Positions 51,400 to 61,750 of a DNA stretch of 64,000 nt are shown piece by piece. A model generated the notes under the pieces. The model was given only the letters and a program-made list of their open reading frames with translations. It did no database searches and was not told the DNA's origin. Made by a program: the position numbers and the translations under genes. This stretch comes from Candidatus Poribacteria bacterium (GTDB taxonomy: Bacteria > Poribacteria > WGA-4E > WGA-3G). The number at the start of each line of letters is the position of its first letter. The stretch's first letter is position 1. The DNA lies in NCBI GenBank assembly GCA_963663765.2, contig CAXXUA010000013.1, positions 64,001-128,000 on the forward strand. Direction: 5' to 3'.

Positions 51400-52231
51400 T
51401 AGGGTTATTTAGTTTTAGGCATTTTAGCTGTTTCCTGAGAAAATCGCGACCAGTAAATCAAAAAATCAACGGTATGAATGCCACTTGGCATTCCCCTGAT
51501 CGCTCCTACCGAAAAATCGGGGTTACAAACCCCTCCCACAAGATATGATAAGTGACAATTGACTGCAAAATATTGTGTATTTTTTGAGATTTCATAAGAA
51601 ATTTCTATTTTAATAAACCGTACCATATGGTACGGTTTATTCGGTTTCTGGTACGGTTTTGAAAAGGGGTTATTCGTCCAGTATTCATAAGGGTTGTTCG
51701 TTGTTTTTGTAGTGGTATTTTGGAATTTATTTTTGTTTTTTTGGTACGGTTTTTTTGATTGTGTTTTTTTGTTTTTTGTTGTTGGTTTATGTTTGATAAT
51801 ATTATATATGATGTGGTGGTGATATGGAAGGTTTATTGAGGTTTGTTTATTGGGATTTCCAATAGATATACAATAGACTTGGGGATTGGCTATTGGTGAT
51901 CTGATGGTTGATTGCTGCATTGACTGAATCGCAGATTTCGCGGATTACACGGAGATCGCGGATAAGACTCGTATAGTTGAACGTGTTGCTTAGAAAACGC
52001 CTATTCTCCGCGATAAATCCTCATGTAGGCATCTTATATCCGCGTTATCCGCGAAATCTGTGTAATCCGCGATTCTGTACGCTAAAAACTTTACACACCC
52101 GTTTTGTCGCAGAGGCATTCAATTGTCAAGATTTACTCAATAGTTTTGGGATTTTCTCGACCAGGAGGTTGCTCCTACCGAGGGGTTTCTTTTTTGAAAA
52201 ATCCAAAAATTAGGAAAACTGAATAAGCCTG
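51400..52231. mobile_element. Composite non-coding element with family F ends, containing REP-like palindromes, a micro-insert, a C-free tract and a solo ISKra4-type end (52085-52100)
   Basis: TAGGGTTATTTAGTTTT...AAAACTGAATAAGCCTG ends; AAAACTTTACACACCC. Confidence 0.6.
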
Positions 52232-52254
52232 AAAGAGTATTGATATGTGTTGAC

Positions 52255-53559
52255 TTAGGGAAGGTCAGGTTTTCTCAATAGGTGTTCAGGTGGCGTTTCA
52301 CCTGTTAAGGTAATGAGAAAATCCACCAATTCTTGTACTTCTTGTTCATTCAGATTAAGGGGTTCAAGAGTTCCTTCACGGATACCGACAAATCCGTTTG
52401 GAACACCACCTGCGTTGTTAAATTCGATGATTGATTTTAATGTAGGGAACTCTCCTGTGTGGAAATAGGGGGCAGTGAGTGCGACATTTCGAAGAGTTGG
52501 TGTCTTGAACTGTCCTTGATGTTGTTGGGTAGGTTCCAGAAAGTTCAGTATTCTTTGTGGTACGTCTGGTTCATCACTATAGATTCCACCACCGTTAAAG
52601 GGGTTGTCCAAGAGTTGCTTAATGCCGTCATATCGTCCCGTGTCTTCTGGTAGCTTACCTTGTGGAACACCGAGGTTGTGGAATTCGTTGTCAGTAAAAC
52701 TTGGTGTATCGTGGCAGAGGATACAAAACCCTTTTCCGATAAATAGTTTTAGTCCGCGTTTTGCTTCCGTGCTGATTGCATTCACATCACCTGCGACATA
52801 TTGATCAAACGGAGCATTTCGGCTGATTAGTAGGCGTTCATAAGCCTCTATAGCTTTGCCAATATTTGCGAAAACAGTATTTACAGCAATTTTATCAGTT
52901 TCTGACATATTGTCAAATTGCGTATCTCCTGGTTTCCCATTTAGAGGGAATTGGGTTATGTTATCTAAATGAGGTAGTGGACCGAAGACTTTTTCATAAT
53001 CATGTTGATACATCTGTTTGATGAGATGTGCATATTGAAGGCGTGTGCCTGCTTGTTCTGGTTCTCCTTCAAGTGCGATTAACGCTTGTGACCAGAGAGT
53101 GTCAGCTCTACCATCCCAAAAGTGCCATTGGTTATATGCGACATTAAGTAGTGTTGGTGCATTTCTTGTGCCTCTGCTTGCTCCCAATGAAGTTGCTTCA
53201 ACGTCTGCAAATCCGTAAAATGGTGAATGACATGTTGCACATGAGACGGTAGCATTTATAGAAAATCGCTCATCAAAGAAGATTTTTTGTCCTAATAGTG
53301 CTGCGTCAGAATTGTCTGCGAAGCGATTGGTTAGACTTGGGGGAGGTACTGCGGGAAGTGGGGATAAACTTTGGATTACTGCCCATTCACGTTCTGTAAA
53401 AATGTCAATCTCTGGCTCAATGTCTTCGTTCATTGGTAAAGTGCCTTCGTCTCCGCAACCGATAAGCGCTAATGTGATAACGGAAATTAGGTAAATAGAC
53501 AAAAAATAATTGCGTTGTAATCTCGGTGCAGAAACATGCGATGACATTTTTTCTTCCAT
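52255..53559 (-). CDS. Di-heme cytochrome c peroxidase/MauG-family lipoprotein
   Basis: LIGC lipobox, CATCH, RNAPT, FWDGRA, CILCH, FKTPTLRN..TAPYFH; start uncertain. Confidence 0.9.
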   Translation of the reverse strand: MEEKMSSHVSAPRLQRNYFLSIYLISVITLALIGCGDEGTLPMNEDIEPEIDIFTEREWAVIQSLSPLPAVPPPSLTNRFADNSDAALLGQKIFFDERFSINATVSCATCHSPFYGFADVEATSLGASRGTRNAPTLLNVAYNQWHFWDGRADTLWSQALIALEGEPEQAGTRLQYAHLIKQMYQHDYEKVFGPLPHLDNITQFPLNGKPGDTQFDNMSETDKIAVNTVFANIGKAIEAYERLLISRNAPFDQYVAGDVNAISTEAKRGLKLFIGKGFCILCHDTPSFTDNEFHNLGVPQGKLPEDTGRYDGIKQLLDNPFNGGGIYSDEPDVPQRILNFLEPTQQHQGQFKTPTLRNVALTAPYFHTGEFPTLKSIIEFNNAGGVPNGFVGIREGTLEPLNLNEQEVQELVDFLITLTGETPPEHLLRKPDLP

Positions 53560-53574
53560 TTCTTGTAGTAGGAT

Positions 53575-54495
53575 TTACTGCTGTATTGGTGCGTCCATTG
53601 CGCATCTGAATCCGATGATTTGTGAGCTGCCGACGATGTCGTCATAGTCTCTGTATGCACAACGCACGTAGTCGAAACCAGCGAACCAACTGGAGCCTCT
53701 CCAAGATTTCTTCCCCATACCGCTTGTTTTTGGTCCTTTTGGGTTTTCTCTTGGACTGACTAAATAGTAATCCATATCAAACCAATCTGAAACCCATTCT
53801 GAAACATTTCCTGCCATGTGAAGTGCGCCGTAAGGGCTTGCACCTTGATGGAAACTATCCACAGGGGCAGCCGTTGCATACCCGTCGAGATGTCCATCAA
53901 ACTTTTTGTCGTCATCAAAGTTACATTTTGTGGGTTCAAATTCGTTGCCCCATGGCCAGATACGTCCATCAGTTCCGCGGGATGCTTTTTCCCATTCGGC
54001 TTCAGTTGGTAGTCGTTTGTCGATCCACTCTGCATAAGCGGCAGCGTCTCCCCAAGTTACACCTACTACTGGTTGATCTGGATGATTGAATTTCGGATTG
54101 TCCCAAAAGATAGAGTTTCTATGTCCAGTAGCTTCAACGAATTTGGTGTAATCAGCATTAGAGACTTCAAACTTGTCAATGAAATAGGCATCTAAGAATA
54201 CTGTGTGTTGTGGGAACTCATCAAGTGGGTCTGCTAATGGGTCGTGATCTGGGTCACTTCCCATGATGAAATCACCTGCAGGCACATAAACCATACCTTC
54301 GGGTATGTCTATTGAGTCTTTTTCTTCTTCTTTTTCTTCCATTGGAAGATTTACCATAGGTTGTTGTTCATCGGTTGGTTCTACGGTTTCTACTTCTTCA
54401 TTAGGAATCATTTCATCGCTTCCACACCCGTATATAGTGGTAATCAATAGAATGAAGAGAGTGATCAATGATTTATATAGAGTTTTTAAGTTCAT
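53575..54495 (-). CDS. FGE-sulfatase/SUMF1-domain lipoprotein
   Basis: IYGC lipobox, RLPTEAEWEKA, MAGNVSEW, GFRC. Confidence 0.9.
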   Translation of the reverse strand: MNLKTLYKSLITLFILLITTIYGCGSDEMIPNEEVETVEPTDEQQPMVNLPMEEKEEEKDSIDIPEGMVYVPAGDFIMGSDPDHDPLADPLDEFPQHTVFLDAYFIDKFEVSNADYTKFVEATGHRNSIFWDNPKFNHPDQPVVGVTWGDAAAYAEWIDKRLPTEAEWEKASRGTDGRIWPWGNEFEPTKCNFDDDKKFDGHLDGYATAAPVDSFHQGASPYGALHMAGNVSEWVSDWFDMDYYLVSPRENPKGPKTSGMGKKSWRGSSWFAGFDYVRCAYRDYDDIVGSSQIIGFRCAMDAPIQQ

Positions 54496-54907
54496 ATTGC
54501 TTCATATCGTACAATTAACGTTGATTATCGGACTTACAAAGCCCTCCCACAAAAAGTTTGATTTGTCATATGATACATATAGTAGACTTTAGAACTAATT
54601 GGACATTATGTTCGGTTAGGAAACCGAACATATCAGCTGTGTTGTATCACAAACTGTATGAAGATTAAAAAATAACTTTGGTAATTTTGCAGTGAAATCC
54701 CGGCGCGCTTACAAAGCACGATTACAGGGTTTGGTGAAAATTAGAATTACCGAATTAATAGATTAATCTTCATTTAGTTTGTGTTCGTAACTGCACAAAC
54801 TTACAGTTTGTGATACAATATGTCCAATTAATAATATGCTTTACTATATACAGCGCGCCCACCGTGGGATGCGTAAGTCCTAAATTTATTCTCACATTCA
54901 CTCTATA

Positions 54908-55747
54908 TTAAGGTGTTTTTGCACAACGAAACCCGACAGAACTGCTGTGGTCGCTGCATTGTGCGGGATAAATATAAAAGACAGTGGTGCGCGTATCGTC
55001 AGGTCCATTTGTCCACGAACCACCCCGTATTGTGTATGTTATGCCGTTTGTTAGTTCGGATTTTTCGTCTGCAATATCTCTCTTGATGTCTTGCAGTTCA
55101 GGAAGGTCGCTTGTTACCCATTCCCACACATTGCCAGACATATCATGTAGTCCGTACGGACTAATGCCTTTTGTGAAACTTCCGACAGGAGCGGGTTGCA
55201 TTTTATAACCATCGTATTTTCCATCCATTTTACTGCCGTCATCAAAATTACCGAGTGAAGGGTTATATTCATTTCCCCATGGGTACAAACGTCCCTCAGT
55301 ACCTCGTGCAGCTTTTTCCCATTCTATATCAGTTGGTAATCTTTTCCCTGTCCAATTTGCGTAAGTTTCAGCATCCTCCCAATTGACACCGACAACCGGC
55401 TGATCGGTGTCATTAAGGTTTGGATCTTTCCAAAATTTCGGTTCACGATGTCCAGTTTCAGACAGAAATTTCGCATATTGTCTATTTGTTACCTCATACA
55501 TGTCAATATAGAATGCTTCCACAAAAACGTTGCGTGCATCTACTTCATTCGCAGACGTTAGATCGTTTTTGTTATCAGTGCCGATGATGACTTCACCTGA
55601 GGGAATCAAGACCATATCGTCAACATTAACAACCTGCTCTACATTGTCATTAGGTTGGACAGGAAGATCTGCATTGTTGTCGTCATTGCATGCAATCAAT
55701 CCAATTATTAACACAACCATGAACAACAAAATGACGTTAACTTTCAT
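54908..55747 (-). CDS. FGE-sulfatase/SUMF1-domain lipoprotein
   Basis: LIAC lipobox, RLPTDIEWEKAARG, GNVWEW, RGGSW, GFRC. Confidence 0.9.
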   Translation of the reverse strand: MKVNVILLFMVVLIIGLIACNDDNNADLPVQPNDNVEQVVNVDDMVLIPSGEVIIGTDNKNDLTSANEVDARNVFVEAFYIDMYEVTNRQYAKFLSETGHREPKFWKDPNLNDTDQPVVGVNWEDAETYANWTGKRLPTDIEWEKAARGTEGRLYPWGNEYNPSLGNFDDGSKMDGKYDGYKMQPAPVGSFTKGISPYGLHDMSGNVWEWVTSDLPELQDIKRDIADEKSELTNGITYTIRGGSWTNGPDDTRTTVFYIYPAQCSDHSSSVGFRCAKTP

Positions 55748-55788
55748 ATCAATAACCAGTATTATGTCCGTGCTGTTAGGTGTTTTCT

Positions 55789-56763
55789 CTACTCAGTTGT
55801 TTCAGCTGTTAGGGTTAGGAACAATTCTTCTAAACTCTTTTCATTTGAGCGCATTTCAAGTAAGTTCCATCCGTTTTCAATCACTGTTTTTGCAATTTCT
55901 GCGCGGACATCGCTGGTTGGAGTATATTTTATGTGAAAAGTCAAAGTATCATGAAGGTCTTCGTTTGCCTTTTCAACTGAAAAAACATCAAGAATACTTG
56001 TAAGGGTTATGATAATTTCCTCAGGGTTCTCGCCATCGACTACAAGGGTGAGTGTATTGATTGGGATATTGCGTTCATCATCATTTGTGTTTATATTTGA
56101 GGTGGCTCGACCGTTGGACAATTGGACATCACCCGTGATTTTGCCATTGCTGATGAATAGGAGTCGTTCACATGTCATGCTTGCCTCGGGAAGAATGTGT
56201 GTGCTAAATAAGATCGTGCGTTCCTTACCGAGTTCTTTGATTAATTCTCGGATTTCAACGATTTGTCGTGGGTCTAAGCCGGAAGTGGGTTCATCAAGAA
56301 TTAGCACATTGGGTTCATGCACCAGTGCTTGTGCTAAACCGACGCGTTGTCGAAAACCCCGTGATAGTTGTCCGATAATCTGTTTGCGTCTTTCGGTTAA
56401 ACCGCATGATTCAATCACAACGTCTACTCGTGCATTAATTTGTTTTCGCGGAATACCACGAATTATTGCCATATAAGAGAGGTACCGTGTGACTGTCATT
56501 TCTGTATAAAGTGGTATGTTTTCAGGTAGGTATCCGATTCTTTTGCGCACCTCACGTGATTCTTTGAAGACGTCGTATCCTGCGACGGTGACTTTTCCAC
56601 GGCTTGCAGGCATAAAGCAGGTGAGTATGCGCATGGTTGTTGTTTTTCCTGCGCCATTGGGACCGAGAAATCCAACAATTTGCCCTTTTTCTACACTGAA
56701 AGAGATGTCTTTGAGAGCTTGAAATGAACCGTAGTTTTTTGATAGATCTTGAACTTCAATCAT
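55789..56763 (-). CDS. ABC-2 type transporter ATP-binding protein (GldA-like)
   Basis: GPNGAGKT, LSRGFRQR, LILDEPT, STH. Confidence 0.95.
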   Translation of the reverse strand: MIEVQDLSKNYGSFQALKDISFSVEKGQIVGFLGPNGAGKTTTMRILTCFMPASRGKVTVAGYDVFKESREVRKRIGYLPENIPLYTEMTVTRYLSYMAIIRGIPRKQINARVDVVIESCGLTERRKQIIGQLSRGFRQRVGLAQALVHEPNVLILDEPTSGLDPRQIVEIRELIKELGKERTILFSTHILPEASMTCERLLFISNGKITGDVQLSNGRATSNINTNDDERNIPINTLTLVVDGENPEEIIITLTSILDVFSVEKANEDLHDTLTFHIKYTPTSDVRAEIAKTVIENGWNLLEMRSNEKSLEELFLTLTAETTE

Positions 56764-56829
56764 TGTGGTTATCAGTAGTTGGGTATTTGTAGTCAGTTAA
56801 AAAGGTAATTGAGTTGAGTATTCATAATA

Positions 56830-57723
56830 TTAATCTGAAACACTATCCATATTCCGTTGGATAGTAAATTGCTGATCTCTGGGACGTCCGGAAAGGTATG
56901 GATTATTATCTGGATTGGCGGCTTCGGATGCTGCAAGTACTTCCGGTAGGTCAACAGGTACGGAATTCACCTCAATTCTATCAGGATATACATGCACCTG
57001 TCGCCACATCATTGGGTAGCAGATAATTCCGGATGTTACAATACACAACATGCCTTGTTCTCTGAATACACGGTTAAGGTGTTGGTGTCCACAGAAGAAA
57101 CCTATAATATGTTTCTCAAAGGGTGCTACGATTTCAAGTACTTCAGCAGAATTTGCGATTCTGGATCCAACCCCTTGGAATTCTACATTTGGAAAAGGGA
57201 GTTGGTGTGTAAAAAAGATAATGTCTTCCCCGTAGTCTACAGCCTTTTTCATCTCCCGTTCAACCCATGCGAGTTGATTTGTGCTGACATATCCGTGCGT
57301 TAGGTCTTCGGGTACTTCTTGTGCATCCATTAGTATGAATCGGATGTTTTCTTTTGCGAAACTGGTGGAACCCATACCATTTATCCCAAATCTCTTTAGG
57401 TATGAGTCTTTTGAACCGGTTTCTGGGTCAAGATCGTGATTACCTGGGATGTAATAGCATTTCGCTTTTAGTCGTTGTCCCAATAGTTGAACAGTATTCA
57501 GTGCTTCTTCATACTCTTCAGCTGACATATCAAAACTTTTTCCACCACAGACGATGTCGCCGCCATGTATGACAAATGCCGGATCAAAGTCATTGAGTTG
57601 TTCAATTAGTTTTTCGTATAACGCGAAACTATGACTTTGCTGTTGCAAGCCACCAGCAAAGTTTTGCTTTGCGTAGGGATAGAGATGTGTATCAGTGATA
57701 AAGGCAAATTTGAAGGGTGTCAT
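56830..57723 (-). CDS. Calcineurin-like metallophosphoesterase
   Basis: DTH, GD, GNHD, GHQH. Confidence 0.9.
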   Translation of the reverse strand: MTPFKFAFITDTHLYPYAKQNFAGGLQQQSHSFALYEKLIEQLNDFDPAFVIHGGDIVCGGKSFDMSAEEYEEALNTVQLLGQRLKAKCYYIPGNHDLDPETGSKDSYLKRFGINGMGSTSFAKENIRFILMDAQEVPEDLTHGYVSTNQLAWVEREMKKAVDYGEDIIFFTHQLPFPNVEFQGVGSRIANSAEVLEIVAPFEKHIIGFFCGHQHLNRVFREQGMLCIVTSGIICYPMMWRQVHVYPDRIEVNSVPVDLPEVLAASEAANPDNNPYLSGRPRDQQFTIQRNMDSVSD

Positions 57724-58184
57724 AGCATCAATCTTTTTTTGTAAAATTGTAGCATATTGGGTTTACTTATGTCAATATTGCATTCAATTGGTGCCGGGCT
57801 ATTTAGTTTTATGAATTACCCTTTGATGAGTATTTCAAAAAGTTTATATTGTAGTTCGGGTAGAACGTTAGTGAAACCCATAAGCGTCAATTTAAGGATT
57901 TTGACCTCTTGTGGGAGGGGTTTTCAACCCCGATTTTTTAGTGCATTTCCGCTCAAATCGGGGTTGAAAACCCCTCCTACAAGAGAAAATGCAAACAGTA
58001 TTTTCTTAAGTTGACACCTATAGGTTTCGCTAACGCTCTACCCGACCTACAACACTTCAAAATATTAATAATTGTAACAAATAAACGTCCAAAATACCTA
58101 AAACTAAATAATCCTGTAATTCGTGTGTCCATCCTCTTACTGTGAACCTGTATTTCAGTTGCGATCATTTCTATGAAAACATAA

Positions 58185-59543
58185 CTACTTCCGGACATAA
58201 CCTGTTGTTCCGTTCCGTTCCTCTTTATGTGCTTCCCAATAATCTTCAATACCTTGTCGCCATGTTTGTGCTGCTTCTGTCAACTCAGCGGTGATTTGTG
58301 GGTATTCGTCTTTCAGATTTGTGGTTTCTCCCATATCTGTTTCAAGGTCTGCAAGGTGTACATCGTCCTCTGAGGGTGCTCCTTCAACCAATTGACCATT
58401 TAGGACTAATTTCCACTTTCCGCGTCGCATTGCAGTCTGTTTTCCCATTTCCCAAAAAATATCTGTGTGTGGTGTGAATTGGCCGTCACAGACAACAGGT
58501 AATTGATTGAGACCATCAAGTTCATAATTGGAAAGATCACCATCAGCTGCGGATAAGAAAGTCGGAAAGACATCCATTGCCGCACCATAAAGATTTGATA
58601 AAGTTAATACGTTACCGGGCGGAATTTCTTTTGGCCACTTCATAATCCCTGGAGAACGGATTCCCCCTTCATAAAGACTGAATTTGTGTCCTTTGAGTTT
58701 TCCTGCGCTGCCCCCATAATATGGGTCTTGTGTGCCATCTAACCAATTGCGTGTCTCGCGCGAGGGACCGTTGTCACTTTGGAAATAGGAGAATGTGTTT
58801 TCTGCGACACCGAGTCGTTCAAGTTCTGCAAATATTTCCCCCACACTATCATCCACTGCACTTAGCATTGCAGCCATAATTTGTCTATCCCACGGCAAGT
58901 TTGGAAACCTGTCAACGTATTCCTGTGGTGCGTGCATCGGATAATGTGGTGCGTTGTATGGCACATATAGGAAAAACGGTTTGTCTTGTTCAACTGCTTT
59001 TCGGATATATCTGACGGCATATTCAGTGATCAGTTCAGTAAAATACTCCCCGTTTCGGTATATTTCTTCACCGTTTTCCCAGAGGTCATGGGTTTGGTCA
59101 AAATCTGGTCGTCCTAATGCCCAATAAAAGATGTGTGAATAGAAATCAATGCAGCCAGCCATGAATCCGAACCAATCATCAAACCCGTGGTCTTCAGGTC
59201 TTGAACCCTCTGCGAGTCCAAGATGCCATTTGCCGGACATTGCAGTGTAATATCCAAGTTCCTTGAGTGCGGTTGCGATCGTTGGAACAGATAGTGGTAA
59301 TCCAGTAGCAGTACGATGTCCTGCTAAGATAGATCGTACACCTGCATGGCAAGGGTATCGTCCTGTCAATAATGCAGCACGGGAAGGTGAACAGACAGGT
59401 GAGTTGGAGTACCAATCAGAGAATTGGATACCTTCTTTTGCCATTCTATCCAGATGGGGTGTCTTGAAGTCTGTAGCACCCATACAGGAGAGGTCACCAT
59501 AGCCTTGGTCATCTGTTAGAAATATAATGAAATTGGGTTGCAT
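58185..59543 (-). CDS. Sulfatase (arylsulfatase-like)
   Basis: DDQGYGD, CSPSRAALLTG, GKWHLG, SDNG. Confidence 0.95.
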   Translation of the reverse strand: MQPNFIIFLTDDQGYGDLSCMGATDFKTPHLDRMAKEGIQFSDWYSNSPVCSPSRAALLTGRYPCHAGVRSILAGHRTATGLPLSVPTIATALKELGYYTAMSGKWHLGLAEGSRPEDHGFDDWFGFMAGCIDFYSHIFYWALGRPDFDQTHDLWENGEEIYRNGEYFTELITEYAVRYIRKAVEQDKPFFLYVPYNAPHYPMHAPQEYVDRFPNLPWDRQIMAAMLSAVDDSVGEIFAELERLGVAENTFSYFQSDNGPSRETRNWLDGTQDPYYGGSAGKLKGHKFSLYEGGIRSPGIMKWPKEIPPGNVLTLSNLYGAAMDVFPTFLSAADGDLSNYELDGLNQLPVVCDGQFTPHTDIFWEMGKQTAMRRGKWKLVLNGQLVEGAPSEDDVHLADLETDMGETTNLKDEYPQITAELTEAAQTWRQGIEDYWEAHKEERNGTTGYVRK

Positions 59544-59607
59544 TTTACCTCCGTTGTGTTCATGCTGTTGTAAATTTGACGTACTGCTTATGAGTAAAAT
59601 TACAAGA

Positions 59608-61632
59608 TTATTTTAGAATCACCATTCGTCGGGTTGCTTTAAATTTGCCTGCTTGAAGTGTATAGACATAAACGCCACTTGCAACAGGTTCGCCTGTAGA
59701 GTTACGTCCATCCCAATGCGCTGCACGGGACTGTGTGCGATATGTACCCGCTACCTGATGTCCTATTGCTAACTGTCGGACGCGTTGTCCTTTCATGTTA
59801 TAAATGTCTATTTTCACATTTGCATCTGTTCCTAAGTCGTACGGTATCCATGTCTCTGGATTGAAAGGATTTGGATAGTTTGGCAGAAGGATTGTTTTAT
59901 CTGGAATTATGTTATCAAGTAATCCTTTTAAAGTGGCAATACCCTTTTTTAGGACTTCAGACCCATCGTCTACTAAGCGTGCCTCTATGATCCATTTTTC
60001 TATTTGACCCAGATGTTTTGAGTTAGTTTTTCTCTGTGTTGTGGGTGCTGCTGGATTTGTAGTCTCGCTAAAATGTGCTGCAACTATTAGCAAGTCAAGT
60101 ATATTAACTCTACCATCTTGGTTTACGTCAACCTTTGAATTTTCTGGTGAATCTGCACCAAAACTTCCCGCTATAACTAAGAGATCTTGAATATCAACGA
60201 TCCCGTCATTGTTTATATCCCAAGCTAGAGATGGTGCTTTAAGAGGTTCTTTCTGGATGTGGGGTAGTGCTTGTTGCCACCCATCGTTAAGCCATTTACC
60301 AAGTGTATCAACAAGTTCGCTGTTTTCTGAAAGATTAGCAATATTAATAGTTTCATTTGGGTCGTTGTAGTAATCATAGAGTTCCTTTCCGCGTTCACCA
60401 TTGTTCCCCCATTCGGTGTATCGAAATCTGTCTGTCCGTATTGAACGTCCTGAAGTACTTCCTCTGTTGAGTTGACTAAAAGCTGCAGATTTCCACTCAC
60501 GAGTTGGCTCATTGAGAACGGGTTTAAAACTAATGCCTTCTAATTCTGGTGCTATTGGTATTTGACACACATCACATAGTGTTGGATAGATGTCAATCAG
60601 TTCAACCAAGGCATCTGTTTTCGTACCGGGGTGAGTTTGTCCTGGGATACTAGCGATTAACGGTGAGCGGAGAGATACCTCAAACAGAGTGTTTTTTCGC
60701 CAAGTTCCATGCTCTCCAAGATGAAATCCATGGTCACCACAAAAAATAATAACTGTTTTCTCAGTTAGGTTTAATGCGTCAAATTGGTCAAGGAGACGTC
60801 CCACTTGTGCATCCATATAACTTGTTGAAGCGGCATAAGCTCGAATTAGTTCTAATGTTTTTTCTTCTGATATCGGGGTATCTCTATCAGGAATATCTGA
60901 ATACAGTCGAAAGTAACCTAATTGGTTGTGTGCGAATATTGGAGAATTCATAGGAAAACTTGAAGTAACTGGTAAGCTGAAAGCTTCGGTATCGTATAAA
61001 TCATAATATTTGCTGGGTGCGTAGAAGGGTAAGTGGGGTTTATCAAATCCAACAGATAAAAAAAATCGTTTATCTTTGATATCAACTAAGAGCTCTTCTA
61101 TACGTTTTGCCGTTTTTCCATCACTTAACTCATCGTCTGTTACGTCAAGGGAACGCCATGATGGACCTGAAATAAAAGTTCCCCAAATCTGACCGATTTT
61201 ACCTTCAGAGTGGGTATAATAACCTTGGTTTCCGAAGTATTGTTGTAGGGTTGTTATACCAGGTAATGTCGTTCCAAAATCGATCAAATTATTTTGAAAT
61301 CCGGTTGTATCTGGTCGCATTCCACTAATTATAGATGCGCGAGAGGGCCCACATAGTGGAAATTGGCAATATGCGCGGTTGAAGAGTGTGCCTCTCTGGG
61401 CGAGTCTATCAATATTTGGTGTGTGCATCTCTTGATGTCCATAGCATCTAAGTAGAGGGCGCAAGTCATCTACAATGATGAACATCACGTTGTATTGCCC
61501 TTGGGTATCTGCTTGTAGTTTGGGTATAAGTCCCGTTGTGAATGCAGCCGCGCCTGCCTTCAATCCTGTTGAGATGAAGCCCCGCCGAGTAAAAGACCGT
61601 GAGAATGGCTTGTGTCGTACCGTCTCTTTCAT
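59608..61632 (-). CDS. Tat-exported iduronate-2-sulfatase-like sulfatase with dockerin-like and FlgD-like C-terminal domains
   Basis: TRRGFI, DDLRP, CGPSR, KPHLPF, DHG; DINNDG/DVNQDG; NYPNPFNPETWIPY. Confidence 0.92.
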   Translation of the reverse strand: MKETVRHKPFSRSFTRRGFISTGLKAGAAAFTTGLIPKLQADTQGQYNVMFIIVDDLRPLLRCYGHQEMHTPNIDRLAQRGTLFNRAYCQFPLCGPSRASIISGMRPDTTGFQNNLIDFGTTLPGITTLQQYFGNQGYYTHSEGKIGQIWGTFISGPSWRSLDVTDDELSDGKTAKRIEELLVDIKDKRFFLSVGFDKPHLPFYAPSKYYDLYDTEAFSLPVTSSFPMNSPIFAHNQLGYFRLYSDIPDRDTPISEEKTLELIRAYAASTSYMDAQVGRLLDQFDALNLTEKTVIIFCGDHGFHLGEHGTWRKNTLFEVSLRSPLIASIPGQTHPGTKTDALVELIDIYPTLCDVCQIPIAPELEGISFKPVLNEPTREWKSAAFSQLNRGSTSGRSIRTDRFRYTEWGNNGERGKELYDYYNDPNETINIANLSENSELVDTLGKWLNDGWQQALPHIQKEPLKAPSLAWDINNDGIVDIQDLLVIAGSFGADSPENSKVDVNQDGRVNILDLLIVAAHFSETTNPAAPTTQRKTNSKHLGQIEKWIIEARLVDDGSEVLKKGIATLKGLLDNIIPDKTILLPNYPNPFNPETWIPYDLGTDANVKIDIYNMKGQRVRQLAIGHQVAGTYRTQSRAAHWDGRNSTGEPVASGVYVYTLQAGKFKATRRMVILK

Positions 61633-61750
61633 AAGTGATTTCCTTATTTATAGTTTGTATCAAATGACCCCATGAGTTATACTATTAGTATGCGTTATAC
61701 TAACGAGTAGATGTATTCGGATCCCCGTTAATCTATTCATGGAGGTCAAC

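Noticed and set aside
51405-51920. 171-aa K/N/T-rich ORF
   Set aside because: By-product of the G-free minus-strand tract and repeats; no RBS or protein-like composition
54565-54576. GTCATATGATAC identical to the DUF1670 right junction
   Set aside because: An isolated 12-mer with no further homology to the element end; could be chance
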